A DNA stretch of 63,013 bases, counting the filler, from Octopus bimaculoides (lineage: Eukaryota), in NCBI RefSeq assembly GCF_001194135.2. It is 8 parts of 8 records of this genome, joined end to end, with 100 filler letters (N's around TTAATTAATTAA, not from the genome) between each part and the next. Parts side by side here need not be neighbours in the genome. Positions count along the whole stretch, not along the records: positions 21,254 to 29,674 come from NC_068988.1; positions 29,775 to 39,482 come from NC_068998.1; positions 39,583 to 47,017 come from NW_026356043.1; 5 more parts are not named here. One strand, 5' to 3'. Both the position numbers and the translations under genes were made by a program. Below, piece after piece: positions 26,657-40,335 of the stretch. The notes under the pieces were generated by a model that was not told the DNA's origin, did not search any database, and saw only the letters and a program-made list of their open reading frames with translations. Every line of letters starts with the position of its first letter. Position 1 is the first letter of the stretch.

Positions 26657-26747
26657 CGTGGCACTCCGTCAGTTTCGACGACGAGTGTTCCAGTTGATCC
26701 GATCAACGGAACAGCCTGCTTGTGAAATTAACGTGCAATTGGCTGAG

Positions 26748-26748
<1 letters not shown>
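26657..26748 (-). mobile_element. SINE family C 3' end
   Basis: Reverse complement of 46615-46700 (gcaggctgttccgttgatcggatcaactggaac..gacggagtgcc). Confidence 0.75.
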
Positions 26749-26795
<47 letters not shown>

Positions 26796-26877
26796 TGCCC
26801 CCCACTACTGCTTGACAACTTGTTTTGTTGTCCACCCCCACACGTAATTTAGCAGTTCGAATAAACTGACCAATAGA

Positions 26878-27195
26878 AAGTGTCTTCTACTATAGCCTCG
26901 GGCCGACCAAAGCCTTGTGAGTGGATTAGGTAAACGGAAACTGAAAGAATCCCGTCGTATATATGTATATATATATATGTATGTATGTGTATATGTTTGT
27001 GTGCCTATGTTTCTCCCCCAACATCGCTTGACAACCGATGCTGGTGTGTTTACGTCCCCGTAACTTTGCGGTTCGGCAAGATAGACCGATAGAATAAGTA
27101 CTAGGCTTACAAAAAATAAGTACTGGGGTCGATTTGCTCGACTAAAGGCGGTGCTCCAGCATGGCCGCAGTCAAATGACTGAAAGAAGTAAAAGA
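26878..27195 (+). mobile_element. SINE family B (5'-truncated)
   Basis: gtgtcttctactatagcctcgggccgaccaaagccttgtgag..gaccgatagaataagtactaggc..gcagtcaaatgactgaaa. Confidence 0.85.
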
Positions 27196-28240
27196 GTAAG
27201 ATATATGAAACGTCTAGATAGAATAGAGACAGNNNNNNNNNNNNNNNNNNNNNNNNNNNNNNNNNNNNNNNNNNNNNNNNNNNNNNNNNNNNNNNNNNNN
27301 NNNNNNNNNNNNNNNNNNNNNNNNNNNNNNNNNNNNNNNNNNNNNNNNNNNNNNNNNNNNNNNNNNNNNNNNNNNNNNNNNNNNNNNNNNNNNNNNNNNN
27401 NNNNNNNNNNNNNNNNNNNNNNNNNNNNNNNNNNNNNNNNNNNNNNNNNNNNNNNNNNNNNNNNNNNNNNNNNNNNNNNNNNNNNNNNNNNNNNNNNNNN
27501 NNNNNNNNNNNNNNNNNNNNNNNNNNNNNNNNNNNNNNNNNNNNNNNNNNNNNNNNNNNNNNNNNNNNNNNNNNNNNNNNNNNNNNNNNNNNNNNNNNNN
27601 NNNNNNNNNNNNNNNNNNNNNNNNNNNNNNNNNNNNNNNNNNNNNNNNNNNNNNNNNNNNNNNNNNNNNNNNNNNNNNNNNNNNNNNNNNNNNNNNNNNN
27701 NNNNNNNNNNNNNNNNNNNNNNNNNNNNNNNNNNNNNNNNNNNNNNNNNNNNNNNNNNNNNNNNNNNNNNNNNNNNNNNNNNNNNNNNNNNNNNNNNNNN
27801 NNNNNNNNNNNNNNNNNNNNNNNNNNNNNNNNNNNNNNNNNNNNNNNNNNNNNNNNNNNNNNNNNNNNNNNNNNNNNNNNNNNNNNNNNNNNNNNNNNNN
27901 NNNNNNNNNNNNNNNNNNNNNNNNNNNNNNNNNNNNNNNNNNNNNNNNNNNNNNNNNNNNNNNNNNNNNNNNNNNNNNNNNNNNNNNNNNNNNNNNNNNN
28001 NNNNNNNNNNNNNNNNNNNNNNNNNNNNNNNNNNNNNNNNNNNNNNNNNNNNNNNNNNNNNNNNNNNNNNNNNNNNNNNNNNNNNNNNNNNNNNNNNNNN
28101 NNNNNNNNNNNNNNNNNNNNNNNNNNNNNNNNNNNNNNNNNNNNNGATGATGATGATATTGAAACTTCTTCGTATATTTATCTTCGTGTGAAGATGCTAC
28201 AAAAATGTTTGTGAATATAAACATACATTTATATATACAG

Positions 28241-28286
<46 letters not shown>

Positions 28287-28527
28287 TACATACATACATA
28301 AGTATATTTATATACATCCATGCGTATACCCTCGCGCATCTGTATTATCATTAGTATGTAGGTATGTATAAGTGGGTTGGGTGAACCACCATGTCTTAGT
28401 AGCTACATGTGAAGTTAATTAACATTCTTCAGCTTGCTTCTGAAGAAGCGAATAATATGTTCAATAAAATTCTCATCTTAACTGAGTAATAATAAATAAA
28501 TATTGCATATACATATCTATGCACCTC

Positions 28528-28559
<32 letters not shown>

Positions 28560-29248
28560 CATATATATATATNNNNNNNNNNNNNNNNNNNNNNNNNNNN
28601 NNNNNNNNNNNNNNNNNNNNNNNNNNNNNNNNNNNNNNNNNNNNNNNNNNNNNNNNNNNNNNNNNNNNNNNNGTGTGTGTGTGTGTGTGTGTGTGTGTGG
28701 ACGTAAATATGTTCGTTGGTATACATACATTTGTGTGTGCCTCTGCCAGTGCGAATGAAAGCGCATAATAAAAAAAAACATCAGTAGGATTAAACAATTA
28801 AAAAGTCACATGGCCACGCCAAAATATTAATTAAGGAAAAGTACATCCCAATAGAGAAAGAGAGACGAGAGAAAAGAAACAAAGGAACAACAGAAGAGAA
28901 TAAAGAAAGCAAAAACAAGCAAAAAAGGGGGGAATTTAAATTAAAAAGGTAAGGACAGGTGGTTGGAGTTTGTGTAGGCATTTGCCAATTCCTGCCATTG
29001 CTCTGTTGTAGCACTTCTCAAAGAATCTTGAACAGTTCGGTTAGTAATTTCCTGCTGCCGTATCAGAGGAAGTATAGTTACAGCTGCATTCTTTGAAAGA
29101 TGTTGACATTAGATAACTGAAAGAGAAGAATATTTTTGTATTTGCATTTCTTTAATAAATCATGGAATATGGTTTTACAGAATGGCTCAACATCGAAACA
29201 GAGCACACGCATGCAAACACTACTCACACAAACGCATGCAAACACACG

Positions 29249-29286
<38 letters not shown>

Positions 29287-29340
29287 TGCATAGTTTTAAA
29301 CAGGCATTCACTATTTTACATACATATTTATATGCAGTGA

Positions 29341-29665
29341 AGGCGCATGGCTTAGTGGTTAGGGTACTCGGCTCTGGATTGTGAGACTGTGAGTTCGATG
29401 TCCTGTGGCGCGTTGTGTCCTTCAGCAATACACTTTATTTCACGTTGAAGTAATCCATTCAATCGGCAGAAACGATTGGTATCTGTATTTCAAAGGATCA
29501 GTCTTGTGATATTCGGGTGCCACACTGAATCTGCCTGACAGCTACGTTAAGGATACATGTGTCTGTGGAGTGCTCAGCCACTTGCACGTTAATTTGACGA
29601 CCTACCTGTTCCCTTGATCAGACCAAATGGAGCACACACATCATCGCAACCGGTGGAGTACCAAT
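29341..29665 (+). mobile_element. tRNA-derived SINE family C
   Basis: Head tggcttagtggttagggt..gagttcgat; 3' part tacgttaagg..gtgtctgtggagtgctcagccacttgcacgttaattt shared with 46401-46705. Confidence 0.75.
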
Positions 29666-29869
29666 TCATATATANNNNNNNNNNNNNNNNNNNNNNNNNN
29701 NNNNNNNNNNNNNNNNNNTTAATTAATTAANNNNNNNNNNNNNNNNNNNNNNNNNNNNNNNNNNNNNNNNNNNNATATCCACTCACAAGGCTTTGGTCGG
29801 CTCGACGCAGTGGGACTGAACCCCAAATCATGTGAGTCGGGAAGCAAAATTCTTACCACACATTCACGC

Positions 29870-30120
29870 CTTCTTCTTCTTCTTCTTCTTCTTCTTCTTC
29901 TTCTTCTTCTTCTTCAGCCCTTGACTCCCTTCAGAGCCTAACCCATTGACGACTTTTCTCCACTGATCTTAATCCCAAGTTTTCTGTCTGCTGCTCTCCG
30001 TCTGGACCTCATATATTTCCCTGGTGGAAGCCCTTCCTCTTTCCATAGTCTTTTTGGTCATGAATTGTCATCTGTGATTTGATCTCAGCCATTGTTTTAG
30101 ATAGGGATGTTGACCGTAAA
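29870..30120 (-). mobile_element. Possible LINE (RTE-like) 3' end with (GAA)n tail
   Basis: Basic RKG.PPGKY-like end on the minus strand followed by (GAA)n; similarity is weak. Confidence 0.3.
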
Positions 30121-30170
30121 CAATCCTATTTTTACCTCTAGGAAGAGGTAAGTCACATTAGTCTGGTCTT

Positions 30171-30378
30171 GGCGTGCTGGCAGAATCATTAGCACGCCGG
30201 ACAAAGTACTTAGCGGTATTTCGTCCGTCTTCACATTCTGAGTTCAAATTCCGCTGAGGTCGACTTTGCCTTCCATCCTTTCGGGATCGATAAATTAAGT
30301 ACCAGTTGAGTACTGGGTCGATGTAATCCACTAGCCCTGTCCACTGAATTTTCAGGCGTTGTGCCTATAGTAGAAAAG

Positions 30379-30380
<2 letters not shown>
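30171..30380 (+). mobile_element. SINE family A with (ATT)n tail (30381-30590)
   Basis: ctggcagaatc A-box-like and gagttcaaattcc B-box-like motifs; ends gtagaaaag then ATT repeats. Confidence 0.88.
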
Positions 30381-30434
<54 letters not shown>

Positions 30435-30442
30435 CATCATCA

Positions 30443-30512
<70 letters not shown>

Positions 30513-30556
30513 CATTATTATTATTATTATTATTATAATTATTATTATTATTATTA

Positions 30557-30591
<35 letters not shown>

Positions 30592-31466
30592 TATGTGTCA
30601 TTATTATTACCACTATGCTAAACTAGAATGTTACTCATGGTACAACGAATAATGCTGTGAATATACTTTTGTCACTATTGGTAATGATATCAGATAACAT
30701 TATTACATAAGAATAATAATTACAAATTTCAATTTTTTTCAAAAAAAAAAACAAAAAAAAACTAACAAACAAATTCACCGTGCTTTTACACAAAATAACG
30801 AAATAAATATTAATTTTTCTAAATAAAAATATTTATTAAATTAAAATAAATTTGAATAAAAACAAATTTCTCATTTGTATATTTGCAACGAATATACACA
30901 ATCAATAACAATAATGCTGTTTAACTATCTCTTAATTACAGATGTAAGATATTGATTATTTCCATATAAGGTAGCGTGATATATTTAGCATGAGCAAGCA
31001 ACGAACAACGAGTGTTAGTATTTATGATGATGATTAGTATATTATATTATACTCTTTCTCCCTCCACGCCCCTTGTACGTCCACAGACCCTACACACGCC
31101 TGCGCATACCCGTATCCACGCCTACACACGCACTTAAAATTTATATTCATGCATATACGTATCTTAATGTCACTATATGCATATATATATATATATANNN
31201 NNNNNNNNNNNNNNNNNNNNNNNNNNNNNNNNNNNNNNNNNNNNNNNNNNNNNNNNNNNNNNNNNNNNNNNNNNNNNNNNNNNNNNNNNNNNNNNNNNNN
31301 NNNNNNNNNNNNNNNNNNNNNNNNNNNNNNNNNNNNNNNNNNNNNNNNNNNNNNNNNNNNNNNNNNNNNNNNNNNNNNNNNNNNNNNNNNNNNNNNNNNN
31401 NNNNNNNNNNNNNNNNNNNNNNNNNNNNNNNNNNNNNNNNNNNNNNNNNNNNNNNNNNNNNNNNNN

Positions 31467-31515
<49 letters not shown>

Positions 31516-31986
31516 GATCATGTATACATACAAGCATACATACATACATATATGCACGCATACATACATGCATGCATACATACATTTGTCCTCTTTCGCT
31601 TGTTCAGCCGTTGACATCATAGATTTACTTTCATTTATTCTGTCGTTGGGGACTTTGAATATCTTTGTTTCTTTTCGTGGTGTGCTTTTTAAATGCTCTG
31701 AGATCAGTGAGAACAGACACCCCTCTGTCAATGTTTCCACGGGAACAGTTTGGCCAGTAAATCAGCGGTTCGGGTCTTACCCTGATCATGACCGGTCGCC
31801 CAAAAGTGTGAGAACCAGTAGCTGAGGAGAGGCTATATATTGCGCGTCACTCAAATAAGAGTATTATCTTTACACAGCCTTTGAGCAGAATCTGTCTTCC
31901 TGATGGACTGGTTACGAAGGCGAAGCTCAAGTAACGACTATGTTGACGGCAGTCCATTGCATTTTCGTTGCCTGATTCTTCAAGTC

Positions 31987-32169
31987 ACATCTCAGATGAT
32001 GTGCCGCATAGAATGTCTTCGAGACTACAGTGTTTAGTTCACTTCTTGTATGTTGGTATCCACCACAATCAAATACTTGATATTTGATTGTGGTGGATAC
32101 CAACATACAAGAAGTGAACTAAGCACTGTAGTCTCGAAGACATTCTCTGCGGCACATCATCTGAGATGT
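31987..32169. repeat. Near-perfect inverted repeat: 89-bp arms, 5-nt loop
   Basis: 31987-32075 versus reverse complement of 32081-32169 shows 2 mismatches; loop CTTGA. Confidence 0.95.
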
Positions 32170-32368
32170 AAAATGCAGAGCAATTCTCAGCTGCACAAAG
32201 ATATAAAAATTTACTGAAATTTCATTTCAACAGAAGGACATATTGTAACTACATTTAAACTCTCCAAGTAGAGAAGAATACAAAACAAAGCCATTTTGAC
32301 TTAGCCATACTATACAGGCTAGTCTTTCTATACCTTTCTGCAGCTGAAGATTGCTCTGCATTTTACAT
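32166..32368. repeat. Second inverted repeat (30-44-bp arms), MITE-like
   Basis: 32166-32195 versus reverse complement of 32339-32368 shows 2 mismatches, extending inward imperfectly. Confidence 0.75.
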
Positions 32369-32899
32369 TTACTGTAATGCTCACATTGCTTAAATAAATG
32401 GAGTTGCATGAAACGATCGTACTGCATTAACTTTGGATATCCTTGTTGCTTATTTTGATTTTAATCACCTTATTTTGGAATTGTTTGGATAATACCATAC
32501 TTAATTCTGGTGCCTAAACTTGAGTACCATATTCACCTTGAATCTATATATATATATATATATATACAAAGAATATATATACATGTATACACACATATAT
32601 GTACATACTTACATCTATATGTGTATATATATGCATATCAGGGTACAGGANNNNNNNNNNNNNNNNNNNNNNNNNNNNNNNNNNNNNNNNNNNNNNNNNN
32701 NNNNNNNNNNNNNNNNNNNNNNNNNNNNNNNNNNNNNNNNNNNNNNNNNNNNNNNNNNNNNNNNNNNNNNNNNNNNNNNNNNNNNNNNNNNNNNNNNNNN
32801 NNNNNNNNNNNNNNNNNNNNNNNNNNNNNNNNNNNNNNNNNNNNNNNNNNNNNNNNNNNNNNNNNNNNNNNNNNNNNNNNNNNNNNNNNNNNNNNNNNN

Positions 32900-32974
<75 letters not shown>

Positions 32975-35012
32975 TAAGACAGGCTTTTTTCAGTTTCCGT
33001 CAACCAAATGATTTCGTTTTTCGTATAACTTAATTCGGTTTTCGTATAATTCTCAGCTCATTCAGAACAGTACGATAGTTTGTATACTTAACATCAGCAT
33101 AGTTTGTGAAAGAACAAAATTTAAGAGGAGTAAATAGTCTTTATTTTGTTTATCTATCGTAAATAATTTGCTGGATTTCGGGAGGATTATTAAGCCAGTC
33201 TTTTTTTTGTTTGTTTGTTTGTTTTTTCATTTCTTTCATCGCCATTCGCGATTTGATCAATGCCATGTTCTCTATACTCCAAGGCTGACCCTTTCAAGAT
33301 ACAACAAAAAATGTTTTATCGAATGAGTTCACGTAAAGAATCTTACAAACCAAACACAAAAACGAAATAATCATTTATATAAATGTAGCTTCCGATATAC
33401 CATGGCTAGACACCCACTCAAGCAATCCAGCAAGCAAACACCTGAATAGCTGTGGCACCTAATATTTTGATGGTTCGGTATATCAAGATTTGTGAGTTGT
33501 GGGTTGTTGTGGTAACAAGCGACCGCGTTGACAATGGCAGCGTTAATGAATTACTCTTCCCTCGCGTTTAGCTATTTATTTTTTTCCATATTTCTGATAG
33601 TTGGTTAAACTTAATATCCAAAAGGTAGGTGGAATAATTTTAATGAATAATTGTTCAATGGTATAATAATTATTTCTGGAAACTTCTTTTAATTTTATAT
33701 TGCCTCACGTTTGCCTCACACGTTAAAATTAAACCAAGTCTATAATTAAATTGACATACGATTAATAATAATAAAAATAATAACAACCATGCTCTTCCTT
33801 TGTAAGATATATAATTAACTATGGATTTACGATATCATGTACATTATTAATAACAATAAATATAACTAAGACCTTATATATATATATATATATATATNNN
33901 NNNNNNNNNNNNNNNNNNNNNNNNNNNNNNNNNNNNNNNNNNNNNNNNNNNNNNNNNNNNNNNNNNNNNNNNNNNNNNNNNNNNNNNNNNNNNNNNNNNN
34001 NNNNNNNNNNNNNNNNNNNNNNNNNNNNNNNNNNNNNNNNNNNNNNNNNNNNNNNNNNNNNNNNNNNNNNNNNNNNNNNNNNNNNNNNNNNNNNNNNNNN
34101 NNNNNNNNNNNNNNNNNNNNNNNNNNNNNNNNNNNNNNNNNNNNNNNNNNNNNNNNNNNNNNNNNNNNNNNNNNNNNNNNNNNNNNNNNNNNNNNNNNNN
34201 NNNNNNNNNNATATATACATATGTGTGTGTCCATATTTAGATACACATGCGTACGCACACATACATATGCGCACACACCTATATGTATGTGTATATGCAT
34301 GTATGTATGCGTATATATATATATATTCATATATATATATATGTAAATGTATGTATATATATGTACATATATATATATGTAATGTATATATATATATATA
34401 TATATATATAGATAGATAGATATAGATATAGATATGTATGTATGTATATATATATGTATGTATATATGTATTTACGTATGTATGTATATCGTGAGCATAT
34501 ATACTTGTATAAGTAATATAAACAAGGCATATAAGCGTATATAAGTATTGTAAGAATAGGTAATGTTATAAAAGAAGAAGAAAAAAATATGTTGAGAATA
34601 TAATAAACCAATGTAATTAACCATTGATTCATTCGGTATAGAGATGTGTATATATTATGAACTCGGTGAATGTATACAAGTAACACCAAGCGTTCCCATG
34701 TGATAAGAAGAAGAAAAAAAGGAAAATAAATGAAAAGAGATGTTTTTGAGCTGAATACCAATTCTCAAGTATGCGGCTGGCTCCAACATATATGAATATG
34801 TATTGTGATTGGTATGTCCTTGATGAAAACATGTGATAAAAATAATAAGTCTAACGAATTAAGTAGAAAACGGGCCCCAAAAATTGAAAACAGAAAAGCG
34901 AACGAAAATATATATTTTATATCATTTATCTTTTACTTGTTTCAGTCATTCGATGGCGGCCATGATGGGGTACCGCTTTGAATTGTTTAGTTGAACAAAT
35001 CAAACACGTTAC

Positions 35013-35255
35013 TATTATTATTATTGTTCAGTAGTTTTATTTTTATAACGTGCTTTCACTTCACTACCGAGCGCAGCTCTGTGCGCCTTGGGTATGTGCT
35101 GTGGTTTGCTGTGGTGCTCTTATGTTTACTGTATTGAAAGTGTTTTGCGTAGAATGTGTGCAGTATCCAGTAGTGCAATTTTCTGTATGTTATATATATT
35201 TGTAAGTCCTGGTGTTTTTGTTATGTATTTGTCTGAATATTTTTTTATTATACCT
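35013..35255 (-). mobile_element. R4/Dong LINE subfamily A 3' end
   Basis: DKYITKTPGLTNIYNIQKIALLDTAHILRKTLSIQ* plus a 3'UTR matching 151-370; ATT tracts on both sides. Confidence 0.85.
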
Positions 35256-35274
35256 ATTATTATTATTATTATTA

Positions 35275-35384
35275 TTTTATGTTTGACTTTTGCTTTGCAT
35301 TTGTACAAGTTCGATCCAAGTCTCACCCAGAGACCTCAAGAGACAAGTTAGAAGTTCATGTAGGTGTTATGCCTAGGGTACCAT
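35275..35384 (-). mobile_element. R4/Dong LINE subfamily B 3'UTR with (TAA)n tail, cut by gap
   Basis: tttgacttttgctttgcatttgtacaagtt..ccaagtctcacccagagacctcaagagacaagttagaag matches 4915-5010. Confidence 0.85.
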
Positions 35385-36267
35385 NNNNNNNNNNNNNNNN
35401 NNNNNNNNNNNNNNNNNNNNNNNNNNNNNNNNNNNNNNNNNNNNNNNNNNNNNNNNNNNNNNNNNNNNNNNNNNNNNNNNNNNNNNNNNNNNNNNNNNNN
35501 NNNNNNNNNNNNNNNNNNNNNNNNNNNNNNNNNNNNNNNNNNNNNNNNNNNNNNNNNNNNNNNNNNNNNNNNNNNNNNNNNNNNNNNNNNNNNNNNNNNN
35601 NNNNNNNNNNNNNNNNNNNNNNNNNNNNNNNNNNNNNNNNNNNNNNNNNNNNNNNNNNNNNNNNNNNNNNNNNNNNNNNNNNNNNNNNNNNNNNNNNNNN
35701 NNNNNNNNNNNNNNNNNNNNNNNNNNNNNNNNNNNNNNNNNNNNNNNNNNNNNNNNNNNNNNNNNNNNNNNNNNNNNNNNNNNNNNNNNNNNNNNNNNNN
35801 NNNNNNNNNNNNNNNNNNNNNNNNNNNNNNNNNNNNNNNNNNNNNNNNNNNNNNNNNNNNNNNNNNNNNNNNNNNNNNNNNNNNNNNNNNNNNNNNNNNN
35901 NNNNNNNNNNNNNNNNNNNNNNNNNNNNNNNNNNNNNNNNNNNNNNNNNNNNNNNNNNNNNNNNNNNNNNNNNNNNNNNNNNNNNNNNNNNNNNNNNNNN
36001 NNNNNNNNNNNNNNNNNNNNNNNNNNNNNNNNNNNNNNNNNNNNNNNNNNNNNNNNNNNNNNNNNNNNNNNNNNNNNNNNNNNNNNNNNNNNNNNNNNNN
36101 NNNNNNNNNNNNNNNNNNNNNNNNNNNNNNNNNNNNNNNNNNNNNNNNNNNNNNNNNNNNNNNNNNNNNNNNNNNNNNNNNNNNNNNNNNNNNNNNNNNN
36201 NNNNNNNNNNNNNNNNNNNNNNNNNNNNNNNNNNNNNNNNNNNNNNNNNNNNNNNNNNNNNNNNNNN

Positions 36268-36337
<70 letters not shown>

Positions 36338-36589
36338 ATTGAGGTGGCTATTCGCACTTTAGAACCGATAGGCAACAAGTACAGTTGTCATAAAGGGATG
36401 ATGATGATGATGATGATGAAAATGAAGCCGCGTTGCCTAGTGTTTAGAGTGTTGTACTCACGACCGCAACATCGTGGGTTCGATTTCCGGACCAGCCAAC
36501 TCCGTCCAACTCGCTTCTTCACCAAAAACAGTACAGAAAGGAGACCCCCAAAACACTGAAAGGCTGTACTCCAGTGTGGCCTTTGCTTC

Positions 36590-36779
36590 TGGCTAAAATG
36601 CTTAGCGGTATTTCGTCTGTCTTTACATTCTGTGTTCAAATTCAGCCAAGGTCGACTTTGCCTTTCATCCTTTCGGGGTCGTTAAATTAAGTACCAGTTG
36701 CGTATTGGAGTCGATCTAATCGAATGGCCCCCCCTCCCCATCAATTTCAGGCCTTGTACCTAGAGTAGAAAGGAATATT
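36590..36779 (+). mobile_element. SINE family A
   Basis: aaatgcttagcggtatttcgtc..gttcaaattc..ggtcgactttgcctttcatcctttcgggg..gtagaaag. Confidence 0.85.
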
Positions 36780-38023
36780 GCATACATACATATCTTCTAC
36801 CATAATACCCGTCTCAAATATGACGGAGTATATCTTCTGAGAATGAAATATATTAGACAAAATGATATTTAAAAAAATATTAAATGTAATTATTCGTTGA
36901 ATGCTGCATTCTTTTGTAAAGATGCGTGATTCCATGTTTTAAAATTACAAAAGAATATATTTTTTCGCATAGAATGGTAAAAAATCGACTATGGGGCAAA
37001 TAACTAAACAAGGTAATATTCCAATAACTTGATTCATTGAAAAATTGGTAAATCGGTAGAATAAATTGGGAGACTCTACTAGAAATGTGAATGTTATATT
37101 ATCAATATCGTTTAAAGAATGACAGAATGAACAAACAAAAATCAAAACGAAGTTGGAAGGACGATAGTGAATAAAAGACTTCGAAATGGAAGTGTGTATT
37201 GTGAGTTAAGAGAATCGAGAAAATTGTGGTCGCTATAAGAAGCGACGTTCGAAATGGATAATAAAAGCACAATTTCTAATGAGCACCGTAGTTTCAGAGT
37301 TGTATATTTTGTCTGGAAACTCGCCAATTACTTTTGCCCTTGTTATGTTTTAATGCACTCCTTCTTCCCCCATCTCTCACTCTCTTCTGTTCAATGCTAC
37401 ACCTCATCTTTCGACTGACATTCTTGAGACATGAGAGAATCAATCAACAAAGTGACAGTTAACTCGGCCTTTTAGATATAAAGATACAAAATAGTGGTGG
37501 AAAATTATGGCACGCAGCCAACAGTTTTAAGTGGAGAGTTAAGTCGATTTCATCGATCCCAGCATAAAACTGGTACTCATTTTATTAACTTCGAAAGGAT
37601 AAAAGGCAAAGTCGACTTCGGTGGAGATATAAAATAGTATAAAGCCAAAGCTATGTGACCGATAAAAGGTTAAATATAAATTTAAACATTTTACCATAAA
37701 ACCTTAATAAACCGATATTTCGAGTGAAAATGTCCTTTCTCAATGAATGATGCAGACTGGAGGATGTGTCTAAGGTTGTGGCAACTCAAGTCTATAGTTT
37801 ATAGATATAAAACCGTCACGAACTTAGAGGTGTACTCCTGTTCCCATTACTCTTTGAGAAGGGTATTTCACCCCCAAAATATCAGATTCTTAAGGATTTC
37901 ATGATGGTTAGTCTACATTACTTCGTAAGAGGTGCATAGGACCGGCTTCTGGTTTCTCTAGCGTATATATTACATTACTTCGTAAGAGGTNNNNNNNNNN
38001 GACCGGCTTCTGGTTTCTCTAGC

Positions 38024-38067
<44 letters not shown>

Positions 38068-38100
38068 CTCCCTGGACAGAAGTCCAATTTGTTTATAAAC

Positions 38101-38356
38101 CTGTGGTTCTCAACCACTGTTTTACCTATGGGCACCTTTGATACCTATTCTATTCTACTGGACCCCCGTAGCCATTCAATGTTTTAAAAACCCTGTTATA
38201 TTTTTATAATTAAATATTATTAAGAATTGTATAAAAAAAGCTGTTGAAGTATTTTGTGTATTGCGGAAGTATAACCAATTTATTGCAGGTAAATTTTAAC
38301 AATAAAGTCTTATATGGACCCTTAAGGGCCATGTGAACCCCGGTCGAGTACTACTG
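38101..38356 (+). mobile_element. hAT/Charlie-like MITE
   Basis: Termini ctgtggttctcaacc and ggtcgagtactactg resemble CAGTGGTTCTCAACC TIRs; 8-bp flanks ttataaac/ttacaaaa (6/8) fit a decayed hAT TSD. Confidence 0.65.
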
Positions 38357-39246
38357 TTACAAAAGGTCGAAAAAGAAAACGAACTCGGGTACTGACTACT
38401 TCTAAAATTGATTACGAAATCCAGCATCGGTTGTATTATACAGCAAGTGATTTCGGGACCTTTCGAATCCGGATTTTTCAGAGCCGGGACACATAGACCG
38501 ATAAGTTATACAGCGTGTAAGACAGTTGTCATTCTCGCACACCTGTAAAAAGCTCACTTGGAGTGGAGTTCTGATCGATTTGGAGGGCTTCTTTCGGTAT
38601 TAACTACGTGGCAACCTGAAGGGCTGATGGAAAGACTACTGGTTAAACAATAGGGATCTTGAAAAGGCAAAGCCTCCCAGCATCGAAAGAACGTCCACCA
38701 AGAACCGCGTTCAGTAGGCAGGATAATTGCAGCAGACAGACAACCGATTCCCCAAGTAAATCTCAAACGGAGAATTGAAACGCTTCTAGGCCGTCCTAAA
38801 GCCAATCTTCAACAATAGCAGCATGAGCATCAACAATTGGAAAACTTCCCAGTTGTTCATCTGTGGCATTGATTTTACTATACTAACCGTCACCTCTGAG
38901 AAGCTTCACTATACAGAAAGCCTCATCTGCTTCGCCATGACTATAATGTACTTACAATAACATCTGAGACATGTTGGGGCAAACTCATAATGAGACACAA
39001 ATACTCAATCGAAGACGTTTCACCAGAATTTTTTAAAGTATCTTGGAGAAATAATTCGCTAGTTTTAGTTACATCACTTTTTGGTTTTGATGTAAGGTTT
39101 CCATTCTAAGTTCTTATCGATAATAATTCCGGTGCTTCAGGGAATTTGCCAGAAGGAAAAATGAGGGGAAAATGTAGAATTTCTTTATCTTATCCCACCA
39201 AAAGATACGCAAACATACACTTGCACATACACGTATTCATACGCGT

Positions 39247-39290
<44 letters not shown>

Positions 39291-40067
39291 TATATTTATG
39301 TGTGTATATATAAATACATACATATACGTAGATAAATGTACGTGTATATAAAGATACATACACGTATATGTAGATATGTATATATACAAGGTGCGTAAGA
39401 TATTTGAGGACAGATTTATGTTTATAAAAAAAAACAGATATATAATAACAGATAATAACTTTATTTATCAAAAATGCTATGANNNNNNNNNNNNNNNNNN
39501 NNNNNNNNNNNNNNNNNNNNNNNNNNTTAATTAATTAANNNNNNNNNNNNNNNNNNNNNNNNNNNNNNNNNNNNNNNNNNNNATCTCTGTCTATCTATCT
39601 ATCTATCTCTGTCTATCTATCTATCTATCTCTCTATCAACCAACCAACCAGCCGAAACCAGTCTGACTGCTTGAAAATGTTCTATTTTATTTGTCAAAGC
39701 AATCTATAACAGCGTTTCTCAACCTTATCATTTCGGGTCCCCTGTTTCGATTGGAGCCTCCAGCTGTCTGAAAATTTCCGGACTCACCGCCCCCTGTCAG
39801 AAAACAGCTTCAGGAGTTGTGAAGAACGAATTTGTACGTAGTCTGTTTCTGAGAGCTATTCTATTGGACCTCTGTCAAATCATTATTGATTAGACATTGG
39901 TTTAATTATTGGTTTAATCAACATTGATTTAATTATGAACGTAGAAAGAAATTATACATTAATCCCTATTTTTGTCAGCAGTTGTATCCGTAAAAATTTT
40001 ATTTGCCGAGAGCAGAAATTGAAAGAAGATATATGAAATGGACGTGTGTGTGTGTGTGTGCGTGCAT

Positions 40068-40136
40068 TGGGAATCGAAACCGCGATCCTACGACCGCGAG
40101 TCCGCTGCCCTAACCACTGGGCCATTGCGCCTCCAC
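40068..40136 (-). mobile_element. tRNA(Arg)-like SINE head
   Basis: Minus strand gtggaggcgcaatggcccagtggttagggcagcggactcgcggtcgtaggatcgcggtttcgattccca has A/B boxes but no acceptor stem; the same start recurs near 45836. Confidence 0.7.
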
Positions 40137-40296
40137 GGAAGGAGCACTACAACATTGTAAACTACCTGAAAATTATCAAGTCCATGCGACTCAGAGTTAC
40201 GATGGAGGTATTAACGATCTCCTGCAACATGTTTCTGAATTTGTAAGAAATTGTTCTTCCTGAAGTCTTAATGGAAGGAAATTCTCCCTGTCTCCC

Positions 40297-40335
<39 letters not shown>

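Noticed and set aside
37914-38025. Direct repeat across a 10-N gap
   Set aside because: Looks like overlapping contig ends that were not merged.
38500-39170. Non-repetitive, moderately GC-rich block with short ORFs
   Set aside because: No recognisable protein motif in the frames I translated; needs BLASTX before any claim.
40068-40136. Possible tRNA gene
   Set aside because: Has A/B boxes but no acceptor-stem pairing, and the start recurs in a SINE context near 45836, so it is a SINE head.
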